Assembly: GCA_963716175.1 (NCBI GenBank) | Contig: OY970296.1 | Coordinates: 4,496,931-4,560,930, forward strand | Direction: 5' to 3' | Length of the DNA: 64,000 nucleotides | From: an uncultured Armatimonadetes bacterium | GTDB taxonomy: Bacteria; Armatimonadota; Hebobacteria; Hebobacterales; Hebobacteraceae | Shown: piece by piece, positions 1 through 10,424 of the stretch | How the letters are laid out: each line of letters begins with the position of its first letter | Position numbering within the stretch: the first letter of the stretch is position 1 | The notes under the pieces: model-generated | What the model saw: the letters and a program-made list of their open reading frames with translations, nothing else | Database searches by the model: none | Told to the model about the DNA's origin: nothing | Position numbers and translations under genes: made by a program

Positions 1-176
1 AAGTCCGCGGCGCGCGATGGCAGCACCAGGATGAGGCCATCCGAGCCCACCCCGAAATGTCGGTCCGAAACCGCTTTCGCCAGCGCCTCCAGGTTCGCCT
101 CTGGCAGGGCCTTCTCCATGGCATCAACCACTACGTAGTCGTTCCCCAACCCGTGCATCTTGGTAAAACGGATCAT
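1..176 (-). CDS. dapF: Diaminopimelate epimerase, 5' part (runs off window)
   Basis: Manual minus-strand translation from ATG 176: [19 protein letters not shown], the DapF N-terminal motif; GGGAGG RBS upstream. Confidence 0.9.
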   Translation of the reverse strand, partial: MIRFTKMHGLGNDYVVVDAMEKALPEANLEALAKAVSDRHFGVGSDGLILVLPSRAAD

Positions 177-350
177 CTGTCAGGCCTCCCTCAGAAACCC
201 AAACAGCGCCGGTGCGACTTGCTGTCCGCTCCGGCGCTGCTCGCTTCCTTCCGCTGCTTTCCTGTCGGGCTCAGCCGACCTCCAGATCAGGCGCGCGGCG
301 AGGCGAGGGGGACCGGAGCGGTCCACCCTGGCGCTTGGTGCGCTTCGCCA

Positions 351-1294
351 TCAACCTGCGCTCGCCCATGTCTCTCTCCACCGCTGTGCGATCTGCCCCG
401 CAACCTGCTTGGGGCCGCCGAGCTTCGTCACCTCCACCCACTCGATCCGCCGGTCTACCCGGAACCAGGTCAGTTGGCGTTTGGCAAACCGCCGGCTGTC
501 CCGCTTCAGCAGCTGCACCGCTTCCTCGAGCGAGCACGCCCCTCGCAGATGCGGGAGGAGCTGCGCATAGCCCAGGCCCTTCATGGACACGAGTCCTTCG
601 CCGTATCCCCGGCCGGCCAGCCGCCGGACTTCCTCGACCAGGCCTCGCGCGACCATCTCGTCCACCCGGACTTCGATGCGGCGGTAAAGCTCGGCCCTGG
701 GCAAGAGCAGCCCGAACTCCCTGATGCCGGCATTGTAACGCGCTCTTCGCTCCCGGTCAAGCGATTGCAGCTCAGAGATGGGCCGGCCGGTCTGTGCTTG
801 CACCTCCAGGGCGCGGATGATGCGCTTGGCATCGCGGGGTGGATGCGCTGGCCGGCCTCGGGGTCAACCTGCACCAGCCGCGCGTGCAGGGCCGCCAGCC
901 CGTTCACCCGCGCCTCCTCCATCAGCTGGCGGCGCAGCTCCGGGGCGGGCGGGGCCATGGGAAATGCCAAGCCGTCCACCACTGCCCGCACGTACAGCCC
1001 GCTCCCTCCCACCAGTATCGGCAGCCGCCCTCGGCCGCGGATCTGCGCCAGCGCGGCCTGCGCCCGCGCCTGGTAATCGGCGACCGAGAAGGGCTGGTCC
1101 GGGTCCACAATGTCAATCAAGTGGTGAGGCACGCGGGCAAGCTGCTCGGCGCTGGGCTTCCCAGTGCCGATGTCCATGCCCCGGTAGACCTGCATGGAAT
1201 CCGCCGAGATGATCTCGCCCCCGAGCGCCTCGGCGAGCAGGATCCCGACCTCGGTCTTGCCAGCGGCGGTGGGGCCCACGATGGCGAGTAACAT
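351..1294 (-). CDS. miaA: tRNA dimethylallyltransferase, split by a frameshift near 830
   Basis: GPTAAGKT P-loop, DSMQVYRGMDIGTGK, VGGSGLY in ORF 581..1330; RFAKRQLTWFR in ORF 351..803; downstream of mutL. Confidence 0.93.
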
Positions 1295-1307
1295 TTCGGC
1301 TATCGGC

Positions 1308-3136
1308 TCAGCGGTTGAACTTGCGGTCAATCTCGAAGTTCGAGATGGTCATCACGATGGGCCAGCCATGAGGACAGGTGTAGGGGCGGGCCGTGGCCAC
1401 CAGCGCGTCGAGCAGTTCGGTGGTCTCCCCATAGCTGAGCGCGTCCCCGGCCTTGATGGCCGAGCGGCAGGAAAGCGTCACCAGCAGCCGTTCCCGCCGC
1501 CGGTCAAGGGATTGACCCCCTGACTCGGCGGCCAGATCCTCGGCCAGGTCCCGGACCAGGGCAGCGGGGTCCTCCTTCGCCAGCGCTGCCGGCACCGCGC
1601 GGACCAGAAAGGCCTCACTGCCGAAGGCCTCCAGCTCGAAGCCGAGGGCCGATAGCTCCTGCGATTGCTCGGCCACCACCGCCGCCTCCCGGGGGCCGAG
1701 CTGAACCGCCACGGGCTCGAGCAGGGCCTGTGCGCTGGGCCGCCCGGACAGGCGCGCCTCTGTGAATCGCTCGTACAGCACCCGCTCCTGAGCGCGGTGC
1801 TGATCCACCAGCAGCAGCCCCTGGGCGCTTTCGGCGAGAATGTAGGTCTGACGGAGTTGGGCGAGAGGACGCAGCTCGGGTCGGCCCCCGCTGGCCTGGA
1901 AGGCAGGCGATAGCACGCCCGGTGCGGCCAGCGTCCCCGCCCATCCTGCCGGAAGCTCCCCCTGGGCCCCGCCGCCGAGGGGGCCCGGCCCTCCGGGCGA
2001 AGGGGGCGGGGGCCCGGCCATTTGCCTCAGCCCAAGCTGGGCCGCCGCGCCACTCCGGCCGAGCGCCTCCTGCACCGCCCGCGACACCAGATGGTGAGCC
2101 TCCCATTCCCGGCTCAGGCGCACCTCGGCCTTGGTGGGATGCACGTTGACATCCACCGAGCCAGGCTCCACCTCCAGCAGCAGCACCGCCGCTGGATAGC
2201 GGCCCTCCGGCAACACGCGCCGATAGGCCTCCTCCAGCGCGTGCGTGATCGCGCGATTGCGCACCCACCGACGGTTCACGAACAGGAACTGGCGATTGCG
2301 GCTGCCCCGGTGCACAGCAGGCGCGGAGATCAGGCCGCTCACCCTCATCCCCGGCAGCGCCAGCTCCACTGGCAGCATGGCCTCGGCCAGCTCTCGGCCC
2401 CAGGCCGCGGCCACCGCCGCCTGCAAGCTGCTCCCACCAGGATACTGGATCACCTCCCTCCCCTCCCGTGTCAGCCGCAGGGCCACCTCGGGATGCGAGA
2501 AGAGGAACCGGGTGACAACGTCGGCGATATGGCCGACCTCGGACTCGTCGCGCTTGAGGAACTTGAGCCGGGCGGGAGTGTTGTGGAAAAGCTTGGCCAC
2601 CGCCACCTCTGTGCCAGGTGGCGCCCCCACCTCCTCCAGCTCCACCACCTCGCCTGCCACCGCGACCAGCCGGGTGCCGGTGGCTAGGCCCGGCTCGGCC
2701 GGGCCGCTGGCTAGGCCGGCAGAGCCGGCCGCCATCCCGGCCCTATCGGGCCTAGGGACATCCCGGCCCTCAGGCCCAGGGACCTGGGCCTGCGCCGGCC
2801 TGGTGACAAGACTGAGATGTGAAACCGCGGCGATGCTTGGCAGGGCCTCTCCCCGGAACCCGAAGGTATTGATCGCGAACAGGTCTTCGGCGACGCGAAT
2901 CTTGCTGGTGGCGTAGCGCTGCAGGGACAGCACCGCGTCCTCCCGGGTCATGCCCCGGCCATCGTCCGAGACGCGGATCAGCCCCCGGCCTCCCTCTCGG
3001 ATCTCGACCTCCACCCGCCGCGCCCCGCGTCCAGCGCGTTCTCCATCAGCTCTTTCACCACGGAGGCGGGTCGCTCGATCACCTCCCCCGCGGCGATCTT
3101 GCTGGCGACCGATTCGTCGAGGATGATGATGCTCAC
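1308..3136 (-). CDS. mutL: DNA mismatch repair protein MutL (frameshift near 3030; 34-aa insertion)
   Basis: [25 protein letters not shown] from GTG 3136; [30 protein letters not shown] motifs. Confidence 0.95.
2682..2783. repeat. Four tandem bulged-hairpin units (27+25+26+24 = 102 bp) inside mutL
   Basis: GGC-TA-GGCCCGGC-TCG-GCCGGGCC-GCT; GGC-TA-GGCCGGC-AGA-GCCGGCC-GCC; ATCCC-GGCCC-TATC-GGGCC-TA-GGGAC; ATCCC-GGCC-CTCA-GGCC-CA-GGGAC. Confidence 0.8.
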
Positions 3137-3361
3137 AGACGCGGACTTCGCCGAGGCCAGAGAGCGCTCCTGCCCTCACGGTGACCGGTGGTTGCCGTTC
3201 GCGGGTTAGGCGAGCAACAGCACATGGCCAGGCGTTGGCGCGCAAAGCCGACAGGCGCGTTCTCCCGGCCGCCGAAGGCGGGGCCGATCAATGAAGACGA
3301 AACCGCGCTGTGGGAGCCCGGTCCTCCGGGCGACCATCAGAGGCGCTGAGAGGAGAGTGTC

Positions 3362-4321
3362 GTGAAAGCCATCAGAGTCCATGAGTTCGGCGAGCCCGAA
3401 GTGATGAAGTTGGAGGAGGTCGCCGATCCGGTTCCTGGGCCAGGGCAGGTTCTGGTGCGAGTGCATGCAGTGGGCGTGAACCCGGTTGACACCTACTTCC
3501 GGGCTGGACGCTACGGACAGATTCCGCTGCCGTACACACCAGGCAGCGACGCGGCTGGCGAGGTGGAGAGCATCGGCGAAGGCGTGACCGGCGTGGCGGT
3601 TGGCGACCGAGTCTACATGGGCGGCACGCTCACCGGCGCCTATGCGGAGAAAGCGCGGTGCGAAGTCTCCCAGGTCCACCCCCTGCCGGGGCAGGTCTCC
3701 TTCAGCCAGGGAGCTGCGGTCGGCGTCCCCTACGGCACCGCCTATCGCGCGCTCGTTCAGCGCGCGCTAGCAACGCCGGGAGATGTGGTGCTGGTGCATG
3801 GCGCCAGCGGTGGCGTTGGCACCGCCGCCGTCCAGTTGGCGCGCGCGGCCGGCATGACCGTGATCGGCACCGCGGGCACGGAGAAGGGTCGGCGTCTGGT
3901 GGCCGAGCAGGGAGCGCACCACGTGCTGGATCACCGGGCCAGCGACCATCTCCAGCAAGTGCTCGCCCTCACCAACGGCCGTGGGGTGGACGTGATCCTG
4001 GAGATGCTGGCCAACGTCAACCTTGCGGGCGATCTGACCATCCTGGCGCGGCAAGGGCGGGTGGCCGTGATCGGCAGCCGGGGGACAGTGGAGATCAACC
4101 CTGGCGAGACCATGCAGCGCGAAGCCAATATCGTGGGCGTGTACCTGAACGGGGCCTCAGAGCGGGAAAGGGCAGGCATCCATGCCGCGCTGGGCGCGGG
4201 CCTGCAGGACGGAACGCTCCGCCCAGTCGTCGGCGAGGAACTGCCGCTTGGCGAGGCCGCGCGCGCCCACCACGCGGTCATGGAAGAGCCGGCCCATGGC
4301 AAGAGAGTGCTGATTCCCTGA
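3362..4321 (+). CDS. NADPH:quinone reductase (zeta-crystallin-like MDR family)
   Basis: GVNPVDTY, PYTPGSDAAG, HGASGGVG. Confidence 0.92.
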   Translation: MKAIRVHEFGEPEVMKLEEVADPVPGPGQVLVRVHAVGVNPVDTYFRAGRYGQIPLPYTPGSDAAGEVESIGEGVTGVAVGDRVYMGGTLTGAYAEKARCEVSQVHPLPGQVSFSQGAAVGVPYGTAYRALVQRALATPGDVVLVHGASGGVGTAAVQLARAAGMTVIGTAGTEKGRRLVAEQGAHHVLDHRASDHLQQVLALTNGRGVDVILEMLANVNLAGDLTILARQGRVAVIGSRGTVEINPGETMQREANIVGVYLNGASERERAGIHAALGAGLQDGTLRPVVGEELPLGEAARAHHAVMEEPAHGKRVLIP

Positions 4322-4382
4322 GCCCGCCTCCGGAGGGGTTGCCGATCTCCCCTCCGAGCCCAGCCGAGGGGCCAGGCGCAGC

Positions 4383-4486
4383 CTAATGGCGTTCGCACAA
4401 AGAAGTAATGTGCGAACGCCGCTCTGGGCCCGTCTGAGCAGTTGCCTGAGCTTCGCCCCCTTGCTTCTTTGAGCGAAGCTCAGTAG
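4383..4486. repeat. 104-bp double-dyad element, copy A
   Basis: GGCGTTCGCACA-AAGAAGTAA-TGTGCGAACGCC, then GAGCTTCGC...GCGAAGCTC; collinear with 9818..9921. Confidence 0.85.
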
Positions 4487-6030
4487 CTGCGAGCCGTCGT
4501 GGTAACAGCCGCGTCGGCCCGCTCTGACTCCTCCAGGTGTCCCTCTGCCTCCAAGGTCAGGAAGGCCCGCACCAGCTCCGGGTCCCACTGCCGGCCGGTG
4601 CCGCGCTCCAGCTCCTGGCGCGCCCTCAGCCGGCCCGGCGAGCTGCGGTAGTGCCGGTGAGAGGTCATGGCATCGTAGGCATCGGCGATGGCGATAATGC
4701 GGGCGGTGATGGGGATCTCGTCCCGAGACAGACCCGTGGGATAGCCCCTGCCATCGTACCGTTCGTGGTGATAGAGAATCCCGGGGAGAGCGGCGGACAG
4801 GCTGAGGCTGCGGCGCGCCAGGGATTCGCCGACCGTGGGATGGCTCTGGAGCAGGGCCCGCTCCTCCGCAGTGAGAGGCCCGGCCTTCACCAGCACCCGA
4901 TCGGGGATGCCGATCTTGCCCACATCGTGGAGCAGCGCAGCGGCGCGCACCGCGCCGACATCGTAGTCGGACAGCCCGATGGCATGGGCAAGCGCCACCG
5001 CGTAGGCCGTCACTTGCTTGCTGTGCCCTCCGGTGATGCGGTCGCGGGCGTCCACCGCCGCCACCAATGCCTCCAGCGCGCCCCAGTCGGAGTTTTGCAG
5101 GAACTGGTAGAGCTGATAGGGATCGGTGACCTCCTGGGCGCCCGGCACCCGGTTGAACGGGCAGGCCTTATCCCGGCCGGAGTACTTGGCCATGTACATG
5201 GCAACATCGGCGGCCATGATCAGCCCGTTCTTCTGCACGCTGTGCTGGGGATAGGTGGCGGCGCCGATGCTCACGGTCAGCCGTGCCAGGCCGGCGCGCC
5301 TATCCCCCGAGGTGCACGGCAGGCGGAAGGCCTGCTGCCTCACCTCGGAGAGGATCTTCCCCGCAACCTGGAGGGCACCGCCCAGGTTCGTCTCCGGAAG
5401 CAGCACCGCGAACTCGTCTCCGCCATAACGGGCCGCCAGGTCGGTAGCGCGGATTGCGCTCACCACTCGCTCTCCCACCTGCCGCAGCACCTGGTCTCCG
5501 CCCGCGTGGCCGTGGGTTTCGTTGATCTGGCGGAAGCTGTCCAGGTCAATCATAAGCAAAGAGAGGCAGTGGTCGTAGCGCTTGGCGCGTGCTAGCTCCT
5601 CGGACAGGCGCTCGTGGAAACGGCGGTGGCCGCAGAGACCGGTGAGGGCGTCGGTGTTGTCTGAGCCGGCGGCCCGGGGCTGGCTCTGTGGCAACTGGGC
5701 CAGCGCCCGGTTGAGCCAGATCGGCAGTTCGTCCACTTCGTCTTGCGGCTTCCAGACCGAGGGCCCGGCGATGCGCACTCGGGCCTCCCCGGCGGCCGCC
5801 CGCTCGGCCGCCTCTCGCGCGGCGAGCACCACGCGGCAGAGTCGCCCCATCAGGTCGGCAGTGGCCACCACCGCCACCAGACAGAGCACTCCGCCCACCA
5901 GCAGCCAAGGCAGGTCAGACCATTGGACGAGTGCCGCCGCCCATCCGCCCAAAGCGAGCAAGGCCAGCAGCACAGAGAGGGCCCAAGTCTTGTACCTGAG
6001 CCCGACCGGCTTCCGCTCGAGATCCCGCAA
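4480..6030 (-). CDS. Membrane-anchored diguanylate cyclase / HD-GYP phosphodiesterase hybrid
   Basis: Two N-terminal TM segments; RATD I-site with RYGGDEF; HDVGK and HHERYDGRGYP. Confidence 0.92.
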   Translation of the reverse strand: MRDLERKPVGLRYKTWALSVLLALLALGGWAAALVQWSDLPWLLVGGVLCLVAVVATADLMGRLCRVVLAAREAAERAAAGEARVRIAGPSVWKPQDEVDELPIWLNRALAQLPQSQPRAAGSDNTDALTGLCGHRRFHERLSEELARAKRYDHCLSLLMIDLDSFRQINETHGHAGGDQVLRQVGERVVSAIRATDLAARYGGDEFAVLLPETNLGGALQVAGKILSEVRQQAFRLPCTSGDRRAGLARLTVSIGAATYPQHSVQKNGLIMAADVAMYMAKYSGRDKACPFNRVPGAQEVTDPYQLYQFLQNSDWGALEALVAAVDARDRITGGHSKQVTAYAVALAHAIGLSDYDVGAVRAAALLHDVGKIGIPDRVLVKAGPLTAEERALLQSHPTVGESLARRSLSLSAALPGILYHHERYDGRGYPTGLSRDEIPITARIIAIADAYDAMTSHRHYRSSPGRLRARQELERGTGRQWDPELVRAFLTLEAEGHLEESERADAAVTTTARSY

Positions 6031-6182
6031 GTGGTACTGCTCCCGATCGGCCAGGGGCCAAGAGCTCTACAGAAAGGGTTATTCCACAATCGCCGCCTGC
6101 TTGCCAGGCAGGAGAGCGAAGTGGCCGATGACCGTTCTTGTAGGGCGGCCATGCGCCCCGGCCCGCCGGAAATGGGAGGAGG

Positions 6183-6701
6183 CTAGTCGGCCGACCACTT
6201 CCATTGGTAGCGCTGCTTCTCCCCGCGCAGCCCGCGCTGTTTCTCCTCCTTCTGCTTCTCATACACGGCTCGGACTGCCTCCGGCGTGTTCGCCACGCCG
6301 CCAGGTGGATAGGCCTTCAAGGCGGGCGGGGCGGCGGACGCCAGCACCCGGTAGGCGTCCGGCCGGCGGAGCTTGAGATGGCGCTCCCGATGGTCTCGGA
6401 TGCCGCTGTAAAGGTACTCCCAGAAGTTCTCAGGGGCCAGGGTAGCGTGCTCGACGTCCACGTCTGCGGCGATCACCGCCTCCTCTGCCTCCCCGGCATC
6501 GGCCAGGATCCTGGCATTCGGGGCGGCGATGCGAGAGCCGAAGTGGGTGGAGGTGAGGTAGAAGACCTGAGCATCCATGGCTCGCGCCCGCACCCGGTAG
6601 TCGGCCGGGCTGGCAGCAGAACAGTGACAGATGATGCGCGCGCCGTTGAGCGCGCAGGCCGCGGTGGACTCCGGCCACATGTCGTCATAGCAGGCCATCA
6701 T
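6183..6701 (-). pseudogene. C-terminal fragment of a carbon-nitrogen hydrolase (nitrilase family)
   Basis: ACYDDMWPE nucleophile motif, RARAMD, GSRIAAPN; N-terminal catalytic Glu/Lys region absent. Confidence 0.7.
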
Positions 6702-6910
6702 CTGTTCAAGGCCTACCAGCCCGACCAGATTTGCGCCAGAAGCAAACCAGGAAGCTCCTGGAGGCTTTTTCAGTGTCTGAGGTTAGTCGTTCCATCAGTC
6801 GGCGCTTACTTGCGAAAACCCCGAGATGATATCCTAGAAAAAATGAGTCTCTGGCATGGGCCGACTAGGCCTCTTGGGTTCTTCGTGGGTACAAGAGTCA
6901 GGAGATCAAC

Positions 6911-7558
6911 ATGATGAGACGGCGCGCAGCAGTCAGACTGATAGACCAGGCGGCCGAGGTGCGGCCGGAGTTCTTAGGCAAGCGGCCCACTCCACTCGCC
7001 GATGAGATCGAGCGCAAATGGACGGAGCAGACACAGGCATTCGATCAGTACCGCAAAGGTCAGGGCAAATCACTAAGGACGCGAGAGATAGATCAGTTTG
7101 AGCTGGCCCGACTGGTGGCATGGGCGACACACACCGGGGCCCCACTCGCCGAGTTCGGCGAAGATCATGCCACACAGTTCATAGTCGGGCAGGATGGTGA
7201 GATCACCCCTCGCGGGGTGAACATGTGCATTCAGTCCTGCTGTCTCTTCGGCGATTGGCTACTGAGTCGCGGTCTCTGGTCGGCGAACCCATTTCGCCAG
7301 ATCACACGCCGGAGAGAGATCAAGAACCGGCAGCCGAAGGGCTTGACCAAAGAAGAACTCGGAGCCCTGCTTAAGGCCCCGGACCTGAAGACGGCCAATG
7401 GCTTGAGAGACTTCCTCTGCATGTATCTCATGGCCTTCGTTGGGCTGCGTGTTGGCGAAGTCGTTCACCTCCGCGCCAGCGATGTTGACACAGAGGCCTG
7501 TCGGCTGGTGGTGAGAGGTGAGACGGCGAAAACCCGCGTCGAAAGGGGTCGGGTCTGA
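6911..7558 (+). pseudogene. Tyrosine recombinase/integrase, C-terminally truncated
   Basis: GLRD...LMAFVGLRVGE and VRGETAK present; HxxR and catalytic Tyr missing; AGGAG RBS. Confidence 0.8.
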
Positions 7559-7604
7559 ACCCCGGATTCTGGTCCACCTGGACTCATTCTTGGGGGCAAG
7601 GTCA
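7551..7604. mobile_element. Two abutted IS3-family-like terminal repeats (mini element)
   Basis: GGGTCTGAACCCCGGATTCTGGTCCA-CC-TGGACTCATTCTTGGGGGCAAGGTCA at the integrase breakpoint. Confidence 0.5.
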
Positions 7605-8239
7605 CACTGTGGATGACGGCGTCTGCTTCAGACGCCTGTTCGGTCCCGACTGAGGCACCCAAGAGGGAACCTAGCGCCAGCGGTAACCAATGCTATGGGT
7701 TCCACTTCGCCGGTCTAGGCGGCTCCTGACCGCGGCACGTGGGCTCACCCTCCTGCGGAACCGAAGCCGACGCTACACCAGGGAATGCCGCTTGTGCCAC
7801 GGCCTATTTCTGGTACACTAAGGGCGGATGCACGTCGTTCTGTGGTACCTCTGAGTCACCCCGCTGAGCAGGCCAGCCGATCCTTGGAGACGTGGCATGA
7901 GACCTGCACGGCAGCCGGGTCAGAGACGCGTCGACCTTCTTCAGTCCCGTCGGCCCCATGATCTCTTGCGTTGGTTTCGTCTTCTCATCCGGCTCGTGGC
8001 CCATGTGGCCTTTCCTGCCGCCACGGTGGCCGCCGTCCCCCAAGGCTCGTCAGCAACGGAGTCGCCTCTGGGCGGCTCAATAGCGAGGTACTGGCACACT
8101 CGTCGCTCGGCTGCGGGAACCCGCCTTCCTGGACTGCTGGCATGGCATGGTAAGGACCGAGTCTCTGCTTAAGGCCTGGGAGAATGACAGTGCCGATTCG
8201 ATGTAACCAGCCCATGCGATGAGAGAGAGGTGAGAGCAG

Positions 8240-8479
8240 ATGAGGATCACCTGCCCGAAGTGCAAAGAGGTGCAGAGCGCGGACGAGAAGACTGCCACCT
8301 GCTCCAGCTGTCGGACGGTGCTGCGGCGTTGCACGGACTGCGCCCATTACGACGTTAGGGTCTCGCTCTGCAAAGCCGTCAACCGGCCGATCGCGCCGGG
8401 CGAATCTCACTACCCGACCTACGCATCCGCAAGCACCTATTGCCGCAGCTACGCGCCCGCCAATCCCCCGCCCGCTTAG
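8240..8479 (+). CDS. Small Cys-rich putative double zinc-ribbon protein
   Basis: CPKC, CSSC, CTDC plus two further Cys in 79 aa; GAGG RBS. Confidence 0.7.
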   Translation: MRITCPKCKEVQSADEKTATCSSCRTVLRRCTDCAHYDVRVSLCKAVNRPIAPGESHYPTYASASTYCRSYAPANPPPA

Positions 8480-8715
8480 GCCGGCGGGGGCCGAAGGGCA
8501 CGTCGCTCTTCATGCTGTGATCCGGAGTCGAAAGCGGCCGCGTTCCTGCCGCAGAATCGCCGAGACGAATGCTGGGGGCCCAGAAGCACGGTCTCAGCGG
8601 CTCTTGGGCACTTCAGACGGTACGGCCACTGAGCGTCGCATTGCTTGGCGGCTCGCGCTTCAGTCTGGGAAAGAGCGGCTGGCCGGCAGCGCCGACGCCA
8701 GGGAGGCGAGAGAAG

Positions 8716-9027
8716 ATGCCAGAGGATAGAGACAGGGAGTTCCTGATCATCATCTGCGAGAGCGGAACGTGCAATGAAGTGCTCCGACGCATCCAGGCTG
8801 CGGGCGTGGACCGCTATACGATCCACCGGGGGGTCACCGGGTGCGGCGAGACCGGACGGCACGAAGGGACACCGGTCTGGCCAGGGGACTGCACCATGAT
8901 CTACGCGTGCGTTCACCAAGTGCAGGTCGGGCCCGTACTGGAGACGCTGACGGCGCTGCATAGCAGCCGGCAGCAACACACTCTGGGCCTGAAGGTGTTC
9001 AGCCTTCCGGCGCGGGAGTTGCTCTGA
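8716..9027 (+). CDS. PII/GlnB-like fold protein (PG0541-like)
   Basis: YTIHRGVTGCGETGRHEGTPVWPG; GGGAGG RBS before ATG 8716. Confidence 0.7.
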   Translation: MPEDRDREFLIIICESGTCNEVLRRIQAAGVDRYTIHRGVTGCGETGRHEGTPVWPGDCTMIYACVHQVQVGPVLETLTALHSSRQQHTLGLKVFSLPARELL

Positions 9028-9308
9028 GGGGGTCAGAGCGCAAGGATGTGCAGGCAGTGTTCCGAAACTGATCTGCACCGTCAGAACGGGCCAGAAGCCC
9101 TGGGGCGACAGCATCTTGCCGCTCCACTGTGAACAGCCCCGTCGCAGTCTGGCCACCACACGTGGGTTCATCCTCCGGCGCAATGGAGTGCCCACACTAC
9201 ACCAGGAGATATGTTCAGAGCAAGGGTGCAACGGTCTCAGGGCAAGATGACCACCACAACCGGATGCATCGTATTCTCATTCCTCTTCGTCCCCATCACG
9301 CAGCATCA

Positions 9309-9671
9309 CTACTGCTCCCTTCCCGCCTGGTCAGCCCGGGCTATCTCGCCGAGTTGCTCTTCCACTCCGGCCAACCGCTGCCGGGTCCTCTCCAGGGTGT
9401 GGTGTTTCCGGTCATGGCAGGTCAGCACCCTTCCCAGGGGCGAGGGCAGTTCTTCACCCAGCACTCGCAGCCGGCGGATGCTGGCGTCCGGCTCCTGCAA
9501 TCGGCGGCGCCGCTGATCTAGGTCAGCCTTGGCGGCCGCCTCGGCCTCGGCCAGGTCCGCCGCCAGATCCTGCAATTCCAGCTCGAGCGCGCCAACCTTG
9601 CCGGTCAGCCTTAGCCTCTCCGCCTCCGCCTTGCGCCGCCGCCGGTATTGCTCATCCCTCGCCATGCTCAT
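9309..9671 (-). CDS. Hypothetical coiled-coil protein
   Basis: Heptad-rich helical sequence; AAGGA/GAGG upstream. Confidence 0.5.
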   Translation of the reverse strand: MSMARDEQYRRRRKAEAERLRLTGKVGALELELQDLAADLAEAEAAAKADLDQRRRRLQEPDASIRRLRVLGEELPSPLGRVLTCHDRKHHTLERTRQRLAGVEEQLGEIARADQAGREQ

Positions 9672-9817
9672 TCCTCTGTCCTTTCGGTTGTGACCTGCAA
9701 CCGGCAACTGCGATTGCCGGTTCTGCGAGCCCCTCAGGGCATGCAGGGCGACGATCTCAGGCGGGGCGCGCCCCCCGTGCTGATTTGTAGATACGTATTC
9801 TGCACAGAACCCCGCTT

Positions 9818-9921
9818 CTAATGATGTTCGCACAACGGAGTAATGTGCGAACATCGCCCTGTGCCTGTCTGGGCCGCTTCTTGAGCTTCGCCGTGTTACT
9901 TCATTTGGCGAAGCTCTTTAC
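9818..9921. repeat. 104-bp double-dyad element, copy B
   Basis: GATGTTCGCACA-ACGGAGTAA-TGTGCGAACATC, then GAGCTTCGCC...GGCGAAGCTC. Confidence 0.85.
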
Positions 9922-9941
9922 TAGCCCCTGTCCCAGCGTGC

Positions 9942-10424
9942 TTAGCCGCCTCTGCCTCTGCGCGGTCGTCTCTTGCTGGGGAGGGCCGCGGCCTTCTGTT
10001 CCAGCATCCGCCTGACATCGCGCCGGCCCAGCTTGCGCAGTGCCACCAGCGTCGCCCGGTTCTGACCCCGCGGCGAGATCTCTCCCTGTTCCCACCGCGT
10101 CACCCCGCGCGTGCTCACCCCCACAAGCGCAGCCAGCTGACCTTGTGTGATCCCCAACCGAGTGCGCAGTGCCCGGATCAGACGCCCCGACAGCCGCGCC
10201 CTTCTTGCTTCCTCCTCAGAGAGCTCCAGACGATCCTTCCTGGCCTCGGCCTCTCGTACTTGCGCCGCCACCACTCGCTGCAACCTGGCAACGCCCTTGG
10301 TGAGCCGCCCCAGGCCCCGCTTCAGCTGGCGTACCTCCTTGCCAAGAGGGAGCACCACGCCTCGCAGCTCCCTCCTCAACAAACGCAGGATCTCAGAACG
10401 AACGGCCTCTTCAAGCCTTCCCAT
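9942..10424 (-). CDS. XRE-family HTH protein with N-terminal coiled coil
   Basis: LRTRLGITQGQLAALVGVSTRGVTRWEQG; AAGGAGG RBS before ATG 10424. Confidence 0.85.
   Translation of the reverse strand: MGRLEEAVRSEILRLLRRELRGVVLPLGKEVRQLKRGLGRLTKGVARLQRVVAAQVREAEARKDRLELSEEEARRARLSGRLIRALRTRLGITQGQLAALVGVSTRGVTRWEQGEISPRGQNRATLVALRKLGRRDVRRMLEQKAAALPSKRRPRRGRGG

Noticed and set aside
177-350. hfq between miaA and dapF
   Set aside because: No Hfq-like translation found; only short low-complexity ORFs
57-1076. Long plus-strand ORFs opposite miaA/mutL and many similar overlapping ORFs
   Set aside because: Antisense or shifted-frame shadows typical of high-GC DNA, with no motifs
4383-4486. Chromosomal dif site or rho-independent terminator
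   Set aside because: No XerD arm, wrong spacer and two copies; no U tract, and loop sequence is conserved
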